A stretch of 64,000 bases of DNA from an uncultured Actinomycetota bacterium (GTDB taxonomy: Bacteria > Actinomycetota > Actinomycetes > CAVWCF01). The stretch spans positions 153,373 to 217,372 of the forward strand of contig CAVWCF010000005.1 in the NCBI GenBank assembly GCA_963753435.1, in the 5' to 3' direction. The position numbers and the translations under genes are program-made. Below are positions 18,605 through 27,922 of the stretch, piece by piece (the first letter of the stretch is position 1; the number at the start of each line of letters is the position of its first letter). Under the pieces are notes generated by a model. It was not told the origin of the DNA, made no database searches, and saw nothing but the letters and a program-made list of their open reading frames with translations.

Positions 18605-20142
18605 TCGGCCTGCGTGCCACCCTGGCTGCCGCCGGAGCGACGACGTCGGCGCCGTCGGCGGGGCTGACCGGCCTCGGACTTGGGTTCGCTCCCGGTCGAA
18701 CTGGATGCGCCCGCGGCCTCTTCGCTACCACGGTGGCTGGAACGCTGCCGGGATCGGTTCGGCCCGCTGCCGTGACCGCTCTCGTGGTGACGGTGTTCGC
18801 CCTTCTTGCGCGAGCCCCCGGACCCGCTGGATTTGCGGGTTTCGGCGGACTTGCCGGTCTTCTTGCCGGTTTCCCCGACGTCCTCAAGGGTTTCCGCAGC
18901 CAGTCCCTCGCGCACCCGGCGGTCGCGGGGCAGCTTGCCCTTGGCGCCCTCCGGGATACGTAGCGCCGCATACAACTCCGGCGAGTTGGAGTACATCTCC
19001 GGCGGATCGGCCAGTTCCAGCTCCAGCGCCTTGTTGATGAGGTTCCACTTGGGCACGTCATCCCAGTCGATGAAGGTGACTGCGATTCCGGACTTGCCGG
19101 CTCGGCCGGTGCGGCCGATGCGGTGCACGTAGGTGGCGTCGTCGTCGGGGCACTGGTAGTTGATCACGTGGGTCACGTCGTCGACGTCCAGGCCACGGGC
19201 GGCAACGTCGGTGGCGACCAGCACGTCGATCTTGCCGCTGCGGAAGGCACGCAACGCCCGCTCGCGTGAACCCTGGCCCAGGTCACCGTGGACTGCGGCC
19301 GCGGCGAATCCACGGTCCTCCAACTCCTGGGCGACCTTGTCGCATGTTCGCTTGGTTCGGCAGAAGACGATGGTCAGGCCTCGTCCGTCCGCCTGCAGGA
19401 TCCGCGCAAGCATCTCGATCTTGTCCATCGCGTGGGCGCGGAAAGCGTGCTGCTCGGTGGTCTTGACCGTGGCGCCGTAGTCGGCGGGGTCGTGCGCGCG
19501 GATGTGCACCGGCTTGGTCAGGTAATGCCGCGCCAGGCCGAGTACCTGCGACGGCATGGTGGCGCTGAAGAGCAGCGTCTGCCGGGTCAGCGGAGTCTGG
19601 GAGATCAGCTTCTCCACGTCGGGCAGGAAGCCCAGGTCGAGCATCTCGTCGGCCTCATCCAGCACCAGCACTCGGATGTGCGACAGATCCAGGTGGCCTT
19701 GGGCGCACAGATCGAGCAGTCGCCCTGGCGTGCCGACGACGACCTCGACACCGGTTGTCAGCGCCTTGACCTGCGGCTCGTAGGCCCGCCCGCCGTACAC
19801 GGTGGTGACGCGGACGAAGCGCTTGGCGCCGGCCTCGGCGATGTCTTCGGCTACCTGCATCGCCAACTCGCGGGTGGGGCAGACCACCAGCGCCTGAGGC
19901 TTGCCGGTGGCCGCACCCATGCTGTCGTGGTCGGGATCCGACGGCGCGACGATCCGCTGCAGAATCGGGACACCGAACGCCAGGGTCTTTCCGGTGCCGG
20001 TCTTTGCCTGGCCGATTACGTCGGTGCCGGCGAGGCCGAGCGGGATGGTCTGCTCTTGGATTGGGAAGGGTGTGGTGATGCCCTTCTCGGTGAGCGCCTC
20101 AACGGTTGCGGGCAGGACTCCGAGTTCACTGAAACTGGACAA
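18601..20142 (-). CDS. DEAD-box RNA helicase
   Basis: Q motif, AKTGTGKT, PTRELA, TPGR, DEAD, SAT, ARGLD, HRIGRTGRAG, basic C-tail. TTG start at 20142 is inferred. Confidence 0.95.
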   Translation of the reverse strand: MSSFSELGVLPATVEALTEKGITTPFPIQEQTIPLGLAGTDVIGQAKTGTGKTLAFGVPILQRIVAPSDPDHDSMGAATGKPQALVVCPTRELAMQVAEDIAEAGAKRFVRVTTVYGGRAYEPQVKALTTGVEVVVGTPGRLLDLCAQGHLDLSHIRVLVLDEADEMLDLGFLPDVEKLISQTPLTRQTLLFSATMPSQVLGLARHYLTKPVHIRAHDPADYGATVKTTEQHAFRAHAMDKIEMLARILQADGRGLTIVFCRTKRTCDKVAQELEDRGFAAAAVHGDLGQGSRERALRAFRSGKIDVLVATDVAARGLDVDDVTHVINYQCPDDDATYVHRIGRTGRAGKSGIAVTFIDWDDVPKWNLINKALELELADPPEMYSNSPELYAALRIPEGAKGKLPRDRRVREGLAAETLEDVGETGKKTGKSAETRKSSGSGGSRKKGEHRHHESGHGSGPNRSRQRSSHRGSEEAAGASSSTGSEPKSEAGQPRRRRRRRRSGGSQGGTQAD

Positions 20143-20370
20143 TTGGTGCCTTCGTTCAGGCGCGAGTGCGCCCGGACTCCGGCGCAACTGATGCAATAAC
20201 AGCCGCGCGGGTCACACGAGGACTCGCGACAATTCCGTGTTCCACCCCGGATGGGGTGACGACAGCCTACCGGTCATACCTCGATTCCTTGGCCCGAGGC
20301 GCCTGCCGCGGTTCTTGTTTCGGCGGCTCGTCCGGCTGACACTCCGGTCTCGACCTCTACGATTCGGCCA

Positions 20371-21045
20371 ATGAACGCTCCCCAGCCGGACCGGACTGAC
20401 GCGGTCGTCGACCTGCTCGGTGTGCTCGCCTACGGCGAGTTGAGCGCATTCGACCGCCTTGCGCGGGATGCGGAGTTGGCGCCCACGTTGGCCGACCGCT
20501 CGGCGTTGTCAGCGATGGCCACCGCTGAGTTCCACCACCACGAGCAGTTGATCGAACGCCTGCGCGAGCTGGGCGTGGACCCGTTTGCGGCGATGGAGCC
20601 GTTCGTCAGCACCTTCGATTCCTTTCACGAGTCCACCGCCCCCAGCGGCTGGTTGGAGAGCGTCGTCAAGGCGTACGTGGGCGACGGGATCGGCACCGAC
20701 TTCTACCGCGCGGTCGCGGAGTACCTGGACCCGCGGACCCGCGACCTGGTTCTGGAGGTGTGTGCCGACACCGGCCACGCCGACTTCGCCGTCGACCGGG
20801 TGCGGGCGGCAATCGCGAAGGACCCGGCGGTCGCCGGTCGGCTCGCGCTCTGGGGCCGTCGACTGGTTGGGGAGATGCTCAGCCAGGCCCAGCGGGTAGC
20901 GGTAGAGCGCGACGCATTGGCCGATCTGCTGGTTGGCGGCGGTGGCGATGGATCCGGGATGGACCTGGCCGCGCTGACGAAGATGTTCGGCGAGCTGACC
21001 GAAAGGCACGCGGCCAGGATGAAGGCGCTGGGCCTGTCCGCGTAG
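20371..21045 (+). CDS. Ferritin-like (MiaE-like) fold protein
   Basis: LLGVLAYGELSAFDRLA, EFHH, KAYVGDG, RLALWGRRL. Conserved divergent neighbour of the DEAD helicase. Confidence 0.88.
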   Translation: MNAPQPDRTDAVVDLLGVLAYGELSAFDRLARDAELAPTLADRSALSAMATAEFHHHEQLIERLRELGVDPFAAMEPFVSTFDSFHESTAPSGWLESVVKAYVGDGIGTDFYRAVAEYLDPRTRDLVLEVCADTGHADFAVDRVRAAIAKDPAVAGRLALWGRRLVGEMLSQAQRVAVERDALADLLVGGGGDGSGMDLAALTKMFGELTERHAARMKALGLSA

Positions 21046-21054
21046 GTTCCGCCT

Positions 21055-22032
21055 ATGGCATGGGTGGTGACCGGCGGTGCCGGGTACATCGGATCTCATG
21101 TTGCTGCGGCGCTGCTGGACGCAGGGCACCGCGTGGTCGTACTCGATGACCTGTCCAGCGGTCACGAGGTATTCGTCCCGCAATCGGCAGACTTCGTACG
21201 AGGTTCCATCCTGGACAACCAGGCCGTTCTCACGGCGCTGTCGACAGCGACTGGCCCGGAGTCCGGAGTAATCCACCTGGCCGCCACCAAGTACGCCGGG
21301 GTATCCGTGCGTGAGCCCTTGCGGACCTATCAGATCAACGTCGAGGGGACGCGTTCGCTGCTTGCGGCATGCGAGGCAGTCGGGATCCGGAATTTCGTGT
21401 TCTCCTCGTCCGCGTCCGTCTACGGATCGGGCGCCGTTGACACGGTGATCGAGGCTGCACCGCTCAGGCCCGAGTCCCCCTATGGAGAAACCAAGCTCAT
21501 CGGGGAGTGGCTGACGCGCGACGTTTCGAGGGCGCTAGCGCTATCCGGTTCTGCAACTCCGATGGCTCACGTCGCCTTGCGGTATTTCAACGTTGTGGGC
21601 AGTGGTCTATCCGGAGTCCGGGATGTCTCCCCACACAACTTGTTCCCGCTGGCGATCGCTGCGCTGGTCCGCGGCGAGGCGCCGAGCATCCACGGCACGG
21701 ACTACGACACGCCGGATGGAACCTGTGTTCGTGACTACATCCATGTTTCGGACGTTGCCGAAGCGCATTTGGCCGCTGCTACTGCGCTCGTAGAGGGCCG
21801 TGAACTGCCCGGAGCCTTGAACTTGGGTCGCGGGGAGGGCTACTCGGTGAGGCAGGTTCTTGATGCGTTGATCGCTGAGTCCGGGCTGGCCCTCTCTGCC
21901 ACCGAGGGCCCGCGCAGGGCTGGCGATCCCGACAGGATCGTGGCCGATCCCACGGCGGCTCAGGCGACGCTGGGTTGGCGGGCGGAGCGCGATCTGCAGG
22001 AGATGGTGCGATCCGCCTGGGCCGCGCGCTGA
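21055..22032 (+). CDS. galE: UDP-glucose 4-epimerase
   Basis: TGGAGYIGSH, FSSSASVYG, YGETK, LRYFNV, DGTCVRDYIHV, RRAGDP. Confidence 0.9.
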   Translation: MAWVVTGGAGYIGSHVAAALLDAGHRVVVLDDLSSGHEVFVPQSADFVRGSILDNQAVLTALSTATGPESGVIHLAATKYAGVSVREPLRTYQINVEGTRSLLAACEAVGIRNFVFSSSASVYGSGAVDTVIEAAPLRPESPYGETKLIGEWLTRDVSRALALSGSATPMAHVALRYFNVVGSGLSGVRDVSPHNLFPLAIAALVRGEAPSIHGTDYDTPDGTCVRDYIHVSDVAEAHLAAATALVEGRELPGALNLGRGEGYSVRQVLDALIAESGLALSATEGPRRAGDPDRIVADPTAAQATLGWRAERDLQEMVRSAWAAR

Positions 22033-22049
22033 CCACCCGCTAATCGCCG

Positions 22050-22274
22050 TCAGGCAGTGGCGAAACCAACACGGCGTTGCGCAGCCTCGCCCATTTCGAC
22101 GAAGGCGACCTTGGCCGCGGGGACCGCGATCTGTCGGCCCTTGGCGTCGGTGAGCACGAAGACGCCTCCGGTGCTGACCGATTCGCGCAGTGCCTCCATC
22201 ACCTCATCCGCCGACGCATCGGTGTCGACAACCAGGTCCCGAGGGGTGCCCTCGACTCCGACTTTGACCTCCAC
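22050..22274 (-). CDS. DUF3107 small protein
   Basis: MEVKVGV...LTDAKGRQIAVP..KVAFVEMG...RRVGF. Confidence 0.9.
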   Translation of the reverse strand: MEVKVGVEGTPRDLVVDTDASADEVMEALRESVSTGGVFVLTDAKGRQIAVPAAKVAFVEMGEAAQRRVGFATA

Positions 22275-22396
22275 GTGGACTCCTTCTCCGATTGGGGCAA
22301 ACCTAACCGGCGGGCGTTGTTGTCGCCGCGCCTGCTCGCTGGCGGCGTAACTTCGGGGCCGGCTAGGCGGCAGTTGGGGGCTTAGCCGTGGGGTGA

Positions 22397-23014
22397 TCAG
22401 GGCTGCTGCGGGAAGCCGCGGATGCCGCGCCACGCGAGCCGGGAGATCAGTGCGACTGCGGTATCGCGGGGCAGCCGATCCTCGCGGCCGAGCCAGTAGC
22501 GAGCACTCACCTGTGCCATGCCGGTGACGGCCACGGCCAAGAGGTGTGCTTCTTCGTCGCCGAGGCCGGCGTCCTCAGCGAACGCCTTGCTGATCAGTTC
22601 CGCGCACTCGGTCAGCGCCGCGTCGACCCGATCGCGGACAAGTGGCTCATTGGTCAGGTCCGACTCGAACACCAGCCGGAAAGCGCCGTCCTGATCGTCG
22701 ATGAAGTCGAAGAACGCACCGATGGTTGCCGGCACCCGCTGTTTGTTCTCCGTTGTGGAGGCCAACCCCTGGCGCACGGTGTTGACGAGACCTTCGGCTC
22801 CGTCCTCCAGCAGGGCCAGGTAGAGCTCCCGCTTGCCGGGGAAGTGCTGGTAGAGGACTGGCTTGCTGACTCCGGCGGCTGTTGCGATGTCGTCCATGGA
22901 CGCGGCGTGATAGCCCTCCGCCACGAATACCTGCCGGGCCGCGCTTAGCAGTTGTGCGCGCCGCTCCTCCCGGGGTAGCCGTACCCGGGGCGCGGTCGAG
23001 TCGGCCAGGGTCAT
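22397..23014 (-). CDS. TetR family regulator, syntenic with mycobacterial Rv3208/FasR
   Basis: RLPREERRAQLL, GYHAASMDDIA..AGVSKPVLYQHFPGK, FRLVFESDL, AWRGI. Adjacent to DUF3107 and the ferritin-like/DEAD genes. Confidence 0.92.
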   Translation of the reverse strand: MTLADSTAPRVRLPREERRAQLLSAARQVFVAEGYHAASMDDIATAAGVSKPVLYQHFPGKRELYLALLEDGAEGLVNTVRQGLASTTENKQRVPATIGAFFDFIDDQDGAFRLVFESDLTNEPLVRDRVDAALTECAELISKAFAEDAGLGDEEAHLLAVAVTGMAQVSARYWLGREDRLPRDTAVALISRLAWRGIRGFPQQP

Positions 23015-23045
23015 GCCGACGGCCCGCACGCGATCATGGGCGAAG

Positions 23046-23061
23046 GCTACCCGCCGGTAAC
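23046..23061. promoter_or_regulatory. Operator-like GCTAC-N6-GTAAC overlapping the minus-strand -10 box (TAGCCT, 23049-23044) of the TetR gene
   Basis: Sequence GCTACCCGCCGGTAAC; same TAC-N6-GTA core as the sites at 11962 and 57097-57127. Confidence 0.55.
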
Positions 23062-23086
23062 CCCCGTCATTGGGTAGGCGCCGGAT

Positions 23087-23314
23087 CTACCGGTACTCGT
23101 CCTCGTCACCCTCAACGATCAGGTCCTGCTCCTGCGCATCGGCCGGGTTGGCTTCCAAGTCGCCGAGATGGCTGCGGGACCGGCCGTGTTCGGGGGTCGT
23201 AGCGCGATGCTGCTCCTCGGCATCGGCGACGGGGACCTCGGAGTCGGTCTCAACCAGTTCCTCGGTCTCGGTCAACTCGTCGATCTCGTCTTCGCGAACG
23301 TCCTCATCGGCCAT
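23087..23314 (-). CDS. Small, very acidic hypothetical protein (75 aa)
   Basis: MADEDVRE...EDEYR with 28 of 75 residues D/E and an internal ADAxEQ repeat. TACGGT -10 box 6 nt before the ATG. Confidence 0.75.
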   Translation of the reverse strand: MADEDVREDEIDELTETEELVETDSEVPVADAEEQHRATTPEHGRSRSHLGDLEANPADAQEQDLIVEGDEDEYR

Positions 23315-23340
23315 ACCCCCACCGTAGCCCTGGGCGGCGG

Positions 23341-24264
23341 TTAGTTGGGCCTTGGCAACTCTGGTGCTGCGGGACCGCCGCCTTCGGTGGCCCGAGTCCA
23401 ATCCAGTAGATCTCCGTCCGAAGCCACCCTGGCCAGTACCTGGTGCGGTCCGAATCGAAGCTCCGCTGCCTCCCGGCAGGCAGCCACCTCCCGCCAAGTG
23501 ATGGGCGTCGAAACAGTGGGCGCGGCGGCACCGCGCAGCGAATACGGCGCGATCGTGTTCTTGGCGACATGGTTCTGGCTCCAGTCGACGAAGACGCGGC
23601 CCTTGCGCAGGTCACGATCCATTCGATCGACGACGAGATCAGGTAGTGCCAGTGCCAACTTCGCCGCGAGGCGTCGGGCGTACTTGGAGGTGTCGTCCGC
23701 AGCGCTGGACCGAACGGGTGCGAGCAATTGCAGACCCTTGCCTCCGGATGTCTTGACTGCGGGGTGTAGCCCGTCAGCGACAAGGAGTTCACGGGCGAGC
23801 AGTGCCACCTCGCAGCACTGCACCACGTCCGCCGGCGGGCCAGGGTCCAGGTCAACAACCAGTCGATCCGGTAGTTGCGCGCCGCCGGCATCAACCCGCC
23901 ACTGGGGTACGTGGATTTCCAGTGCGGCCAGGTTCGCCAAGAACACCAACCCGGCCACGTCGTCGACCAGTCCGGCCTCGACGGTCGAACCGGACTCCGA
24001 ACCGGTGGGAACGATCTCGCGGCGCAGCCAGTCCGGTGCATGCGGTGGCACGTTCTTGGTGAAGAAGGGATCCGCTTCGACGCCATCGGGCCACCGAGTC
24101 AGCGTCAGCGGACGACGCTCAAGGTGCGGCAGCATCGCCGGGGCGATCCGCGTGTAGTAGTCGATAACCTCGGCCTTGGTGAAGCCGGTTTGTGGATACA
24201 GCACCTTGTCCAGGTTCGTCAGCCGCAGCCGCCTGCCGGCGACATCTACGGTGACTGCATCCAC
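23341..24264 (-). CDS. ligD: NHEJ LigD polymerase (primase-polymerase) domain protein, no ligase domain
   Basis: LTNLDKVLYP, YY, RWPDG, FFTKN, DLDP, KTSGGKG, VFVDWSQN, PYSLR, VSTP. Confidence 0.9.
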   Translation of the reverse strand: MDAVTVDVAGRRLRLTNLDKVLYPQTGFTKAEVIDYYTRIAPAMLPHLERRPLTLTRWPDGVEADPFFTKNVPPHAPDWLRREIVPTGSESGSTVEAGLVDDVAGLVFLANLAALEIHVPQWRVDAGGAQLPDRLVVDLDPGPPADVVQCCEVALLARELLVADGLHPAVKTSGGKGLQLLAPVRSSAADDTSKYARRLAAKLALALPDLVVDRMDRDLRKGRVFVDWSQNHVAKNTIAPYSLRGAAAPTVSTPITWREVAACREAAELRFGPHQVLARVASDGDLLDWTRATEGGGPAAPELPRPN

Positions 24265-24317
24265 TGGCGCTCCGTTCGGTCAGTGCCACCATTGAGGCCA
24301 ACCGTCAGGAGGATGGC

Positions 24318-25124
24318 ATGCGCACGGTCTGGAAAGGCGCAGTCGGCTTCGGCATGGTCACCATTCCCGTTCGGCTGTACTCGGCCACGCAAGAGAAGGA
24401 CATCCAGTTTCACCAGGTGCACCGTGATGACGGTGGTCGCATCCGCTACAAGCGCGTGTGCAGCATCGACGGTGCGGAGGTGTCGTACGCCGATGTCGCC
24501 AAGGGCTACGACCTGCCTACCGGCGAGATGGTGATCCTTGACGACTCCGACTTCGCCGGGCTGCCGCTGAGTAGCAGCAAACAGATGTCGGTGCAGCAGT
24601 TCGTCCCGCTGGAGCAGGTCGACCCGATCCTGTTCAACAAGTCCTATTTCCTTGAGCCCGACGAACTCAGCGTGAAGCCGTACCTACTGCTCCGCGACGC
24701 GCTGCGGAGGTCGGGGCTGGTGGCGCTGGTCAAGGTGGCGCTGCGGCAGCGCGAGGCGCTCGGTTGCCTGCGGGCACGCGACGACGTGCTCGTCCTGGAG
24801 ACGATGTTGTGGCCGGATGAGATCCGAACCCCGCAGTTCGACGTGCTGCAGACCGAAGCGGAGTTGACCGAGGCGGAGACGGCAATGGCCGATGCCCTGG
24901 TCGCCACCCTTGCTGGCGACTTCGACCCGGACGAACACACCGACGCCTACCGCGAAGCGCTGCAGCAGGTGATCGAAGCCAAGATCGCCGGTGACGAGAT
25001 CGTCCCCGCTCCGGAGCAGGAGGGTTCGGGCACGGTGGTCGACTTGATGGCGACGCTGCAGGCCAGCATCGAAGCGGCCCGCCGAGCGCGCGCGGAAGCC
25101 GCGCAGGAAGCGACCGGGACCTGA
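24318..25124 (+). CDS. ku: NHEJ DNA end-binding protein Ku
   Basis: MRTVWKGAVGFGMVTIPVRLYSA, RIRYKRVC, KGY, YFLEP, WPDEIR, D.YRE, VVDLMATLQAS. AGGAGG RBS. Confidence 0.95.
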   Translation: MRTVWKGAVGFGMVTIPVRLYSATQEKDIQFHQVHRDDGGRIRYKRVCSIDGAEVSYADVAKGYDLPTGEMVILDDSDFAGLPLSSSKQMSVQQFVPLEQVDPILFNKSYFLEPDELSVKPYLLLRDALRRSGLVALVKVALRQREALGCLRARDDVLVLETMLWPDEIRTPQFDVLQTEAELTEAETAMADALVATLAGDFDPDEHTDAYREALQQVIEAKIAGDEIVPAPEQEGSGTVVDLMATLQASIEAARRARAEAAQEATGT

Positions 25125-25229
25125 GGCGGGGGCGGCCCCGCGCACAGTTCCGGCAACTGAAGCGGCCGTTCGGGTGAATTACAGCCGCGGCATGGCATCA
25201 CGGCCGCCCCATTCGTCACAATCGCCACT

Positions 25230-25942
25230 ATGACCGGTCCAGACCCGGCAGCCATCGAGGCTGCCTTGGGGCGGTCCCGGGGGTGGCCGGGGCGGAGGTT
25301 CACCCCGACACTGCTGCCCCCGGCGGCCCGGGCATCCTGCGCCTGACCCTTGGACCGGACGCCGATGAGGCCACCGTCGCCGCCGCCGTGGCCCAGGTGC
25401 TCAGTCGAGATTTCGACCTGTCCGTCGACGCCGCCGGGGTACGCGCGGCGAGCGCGGCAGCTCCGTCGCGCGGCCGCCACGCGCGGCCGGAGTCCGGTTC
25501 GCGCCTGCGGCTAGTACGCGACCAGATGCCGGCGCCCGCTCCGGCGCCGGAGCCCGCGCCTTCGGCGCGGATCCGGATTGACCGCTTCGGGGTGACGACC
25601 ACCGGCCTGGACGTGACCGCGGAGGTGGTCCTCAGTGGTCCCGGTGGCCCCGCGACTGGGGCCGCGACTTGCCCCGCGACTCCGTCGGGGGTGCTGCGCG
25701 CCGCCGCGGAAGCCACGTGTGAGGCCCTCGGCCGGCTTGGCCCGGTGCGCGTCGGGCTGGAGCAGGTGCTGGAGTCGGTTTCCGGTGCGGCTCGCTACGT
25801 GCTGGTCGACGTCGTCATGCTCACCGAGGGCAGTCAGGTCGCACTAGTCGGAGCAGCGCGAGTTCGCGACGACGCCCGGCAGGCGGCGGTAAGGGCCGTG
25901 CTGGCGGCAGTGAACCGCCGCATGGACACTGTGCTTTTGTGA
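25230..25942 (+). CDS. Hypothetical protein with C-terminal LeuA-allosteric-like domain; apparent frameshift near 25268-25271
   Basis: Main ORF is 25283-25942. An upstream ATG at 25230 (MTGPDPAAIEAAL) lies in another frame and has a CACAAT -10 box. The C-terminus RAAAEATCEAL...LVGAA...AAVRAVLAAVNR resembles the isopropylmalate synthase regulatory fold. Confidence 0.6.
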
Positions 25943-26931
25943 ACCGTGCCGATTCTGCGAACCGTGCTCGTGCCAACCGTGCTGTTGTGACCGCGGCCGG
26001 TGGCGAATCGGACCGAGCCGCTTCGATCGACTCACCGGTGGATCCAGCCTGGGAGCCAGTGCCGGGGGAGCGGGTGGAACTGGATGGATGGACGCTGAAC
26101 GTTCGGCGGCTCTCCGTCGGCGCATCCGATTCACCGGTTCTGTACGTGCACGGCCTGGGCGGGTCCGCACTCAACTTCACGGCCCTGATGCGGTCGATGG
26201 GGGACCGCGACCAGATCGCACCCGACCTGCCCGGCTTCGGCTACAGCCCGCCCCCCGATGACGGTGACTACACGCCCGCCGGTGCGGCGCGCGCGATCGC
26301 AGCCTTGCTGCAGCGACTTGTCCCCGGTCGTGCCGTACACCTGGTCGGCAACTCCATGGGTGGGGCGGTCGCCGTCGTAATGGCTGAGCAGCATCCGGAC
26401 CTGGTGCGATCGCTGACGCTGCTGTCGCCGGCTCTTCCTGATCGGCGCCCGGGCGTAATGCGGGCGCAGGTCGGGTCGGTGGCCCTGCCGGTGCTGGGGC
26501 CACGGCTGGCCCGAGCGGTCTTGCAGATGGATGCCGATCGCCGGGTTACCGCGATGCTGCAGATGCTCTACGGCGATCCGACGACGGCTACTCCGGGCGA
26601 ACGGGCCGCCGCCGCTGCGGAGTTTCGCCGCCGGGCCAAGCTGCCGTACGCGGAGGACGTGCTGGTCAGCGCGACCCGGGGGATTGTCGCTGCCTACTTG
26701 GAGACCGGGCCGAACTCCCTTTGGCGCCGGGCGGCCCGCATCGACGTCCCGACACTGCTCGTCTACTCCCGCCACGACCGAATCGTCGATCCCCGGCAAG
26801 CTCAACGGGCGTATGCGACGTTCCCGAACGCAACAGTCCGTGTGCTCTCCGGAACCGGACACGTGGCGCAGATGGAGCGTCCACGGCTGGTCGCCGGACT
26901 CCTACAGCGGCATCTGGCTTTGGCTGACTGA
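25939..26931 (+). CDS. Alpha/beta hydrolase
   Basis: VHGLGGS, DLPGFG, GNSMGG, D, GHVAQME. Confidence 0.9.
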   Translation: MNRADSANRARANRAVVTAAGGESDRAASIDSPVDPAWEPVPGERVELDGWTLNVRRLSVGASDSPVLYVHGLGGSALNFTALMRSMGDRDQIAPDLPGFGYSPPPDDGDYTPAGAARAIAALLQRLVPGRAVHLVGNSMGGAVAVVMAEQHPDLVRSLTLLSPALPDRRPGVMRAQVGSVALPVLGPRLARAVLQMDADRRVTAMLQMLYGDPTTATPGERAAAAAEFRRRAKLPYAEDVLVSATRGIVAAYLETGPNSLWRRAARIDVPTLLVYSRHDRIVDPRQAQRAYATFPNATVRVLSGTGHVAQMERPRLVAGLLQRHLALAD

Positions 26932-26937
26932 GCGCCG

Positions 26938-27840
26938 GTGTCGACGTCGGAAACGGAGATCCGCCGACTCCTTACGGAATGGTCGAACCTGACCCCGAGT
27001 TTGGCCACGGCGACGGTCACGCCGCTTCCTGGTGGGACCGCACGGCGGTCTTTTCTGGTTCGAGCGACCGGTATCGACGCGGTACTGCGGCTACCGCGCC
27101 CGGGCCCGGCGCCGTCGCTGGCAGCCGAGGCGGCCGCGGTGCGCGCCGCGGCTGCAGTGCACGCAGGGCCGCTGTTGCTGGCGGAGTCGAACATGGGCCT
27201 GCTGATCGCCCACCAGCCCGGCCGAGCGCTCACCCCCGCGGACCTGCGCGACGCGGAGGTGCGCCACCGGCTTTGCGCTGCGTTGGGCCGCTTGCACACC
27301 GCCACTCCGCCGGCGCCCCGACTCGACCTGGCCGGTTGGACCGGGGCGTACCGCCGCGAATTGGCGGACGCCGGGATCTCCGAACCTGCCGGATACGCCC
27401 AGGTCGTGTCCGACCTCAGCCCGATAGCCCGCGCACTGGCGGAAACTGCAGCACCGGAAGTGGCCGCGCACGGCGACGCCGTTACGGACAACTTCGTCGA
27501 CGACGGCGAACGAGTGCACGTGATCGACCTGGAGTACGCCGTCCGGGCCGAACCCTGGTTCGACCTGGCCGCCCTCCTGGACTCCGCCGACCCGACCTCC
27601 GATGCCGGCGCCCTCGCGGCCGATCTAGTCCACGCCTACTCGCCGTCAGGCCGTCACGGGGACGCCCTGGTGGCCCGAGTCCGGGCCTGGCGGCTCCTGG
27701 CGCGGGCGGCCTGGTGGCCGTGGGCGATGCTGCCGGCGCAGCGGTCCAACCCGCGGGCTGAGCGTTGGCGGGATTGGCCGGCCTTGCGCGAGCTGGTTGC
27801 CCAGGAGTTGCCCGGGTTGGCCGCGGAACTGGTCGGTTGA
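26938..27840 (+). CDS. Choline/aminoglycoside phosphotransferase family kinase
   Basis: LPGG, HGDAVTDNF (Brenner motif), VIDLEYA, FDLA. Confidence 0.8.
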   Translation: MSTSETEIRRLLTEWSNLTPSLATATVTPLPGGTARRSFLVRATGIDAVLRLPRPGPAPSLAAEAAAVRAAAAVHAGPLLLAESNMGLLIAHQPGRALTPADLRDAEVRHRLCAALGRLHTATPPAPRLDLAGWTGAYRRELADAGISEPAGYAQVVSDLSPIARALAETAAPEVAAHGDAVTDNFVDDGERVHVIDLEYAVRAEPWFDLAALLDSADPTSDAGALAADLVHAYSPSGRHGDALVARVRAWRLLARAAWWPWAMLPAQRSNPRAERWRDWPALRELVAQELPGLAAELVG

Positions 27841-27922
27841 CGTCGACACCCTCGCGCCAGGAATGCGCGGCGGTCTGAGACCGTTATGCGCTTAGCACCC
27901 GGAACACTCACAGGAGCAAGAC

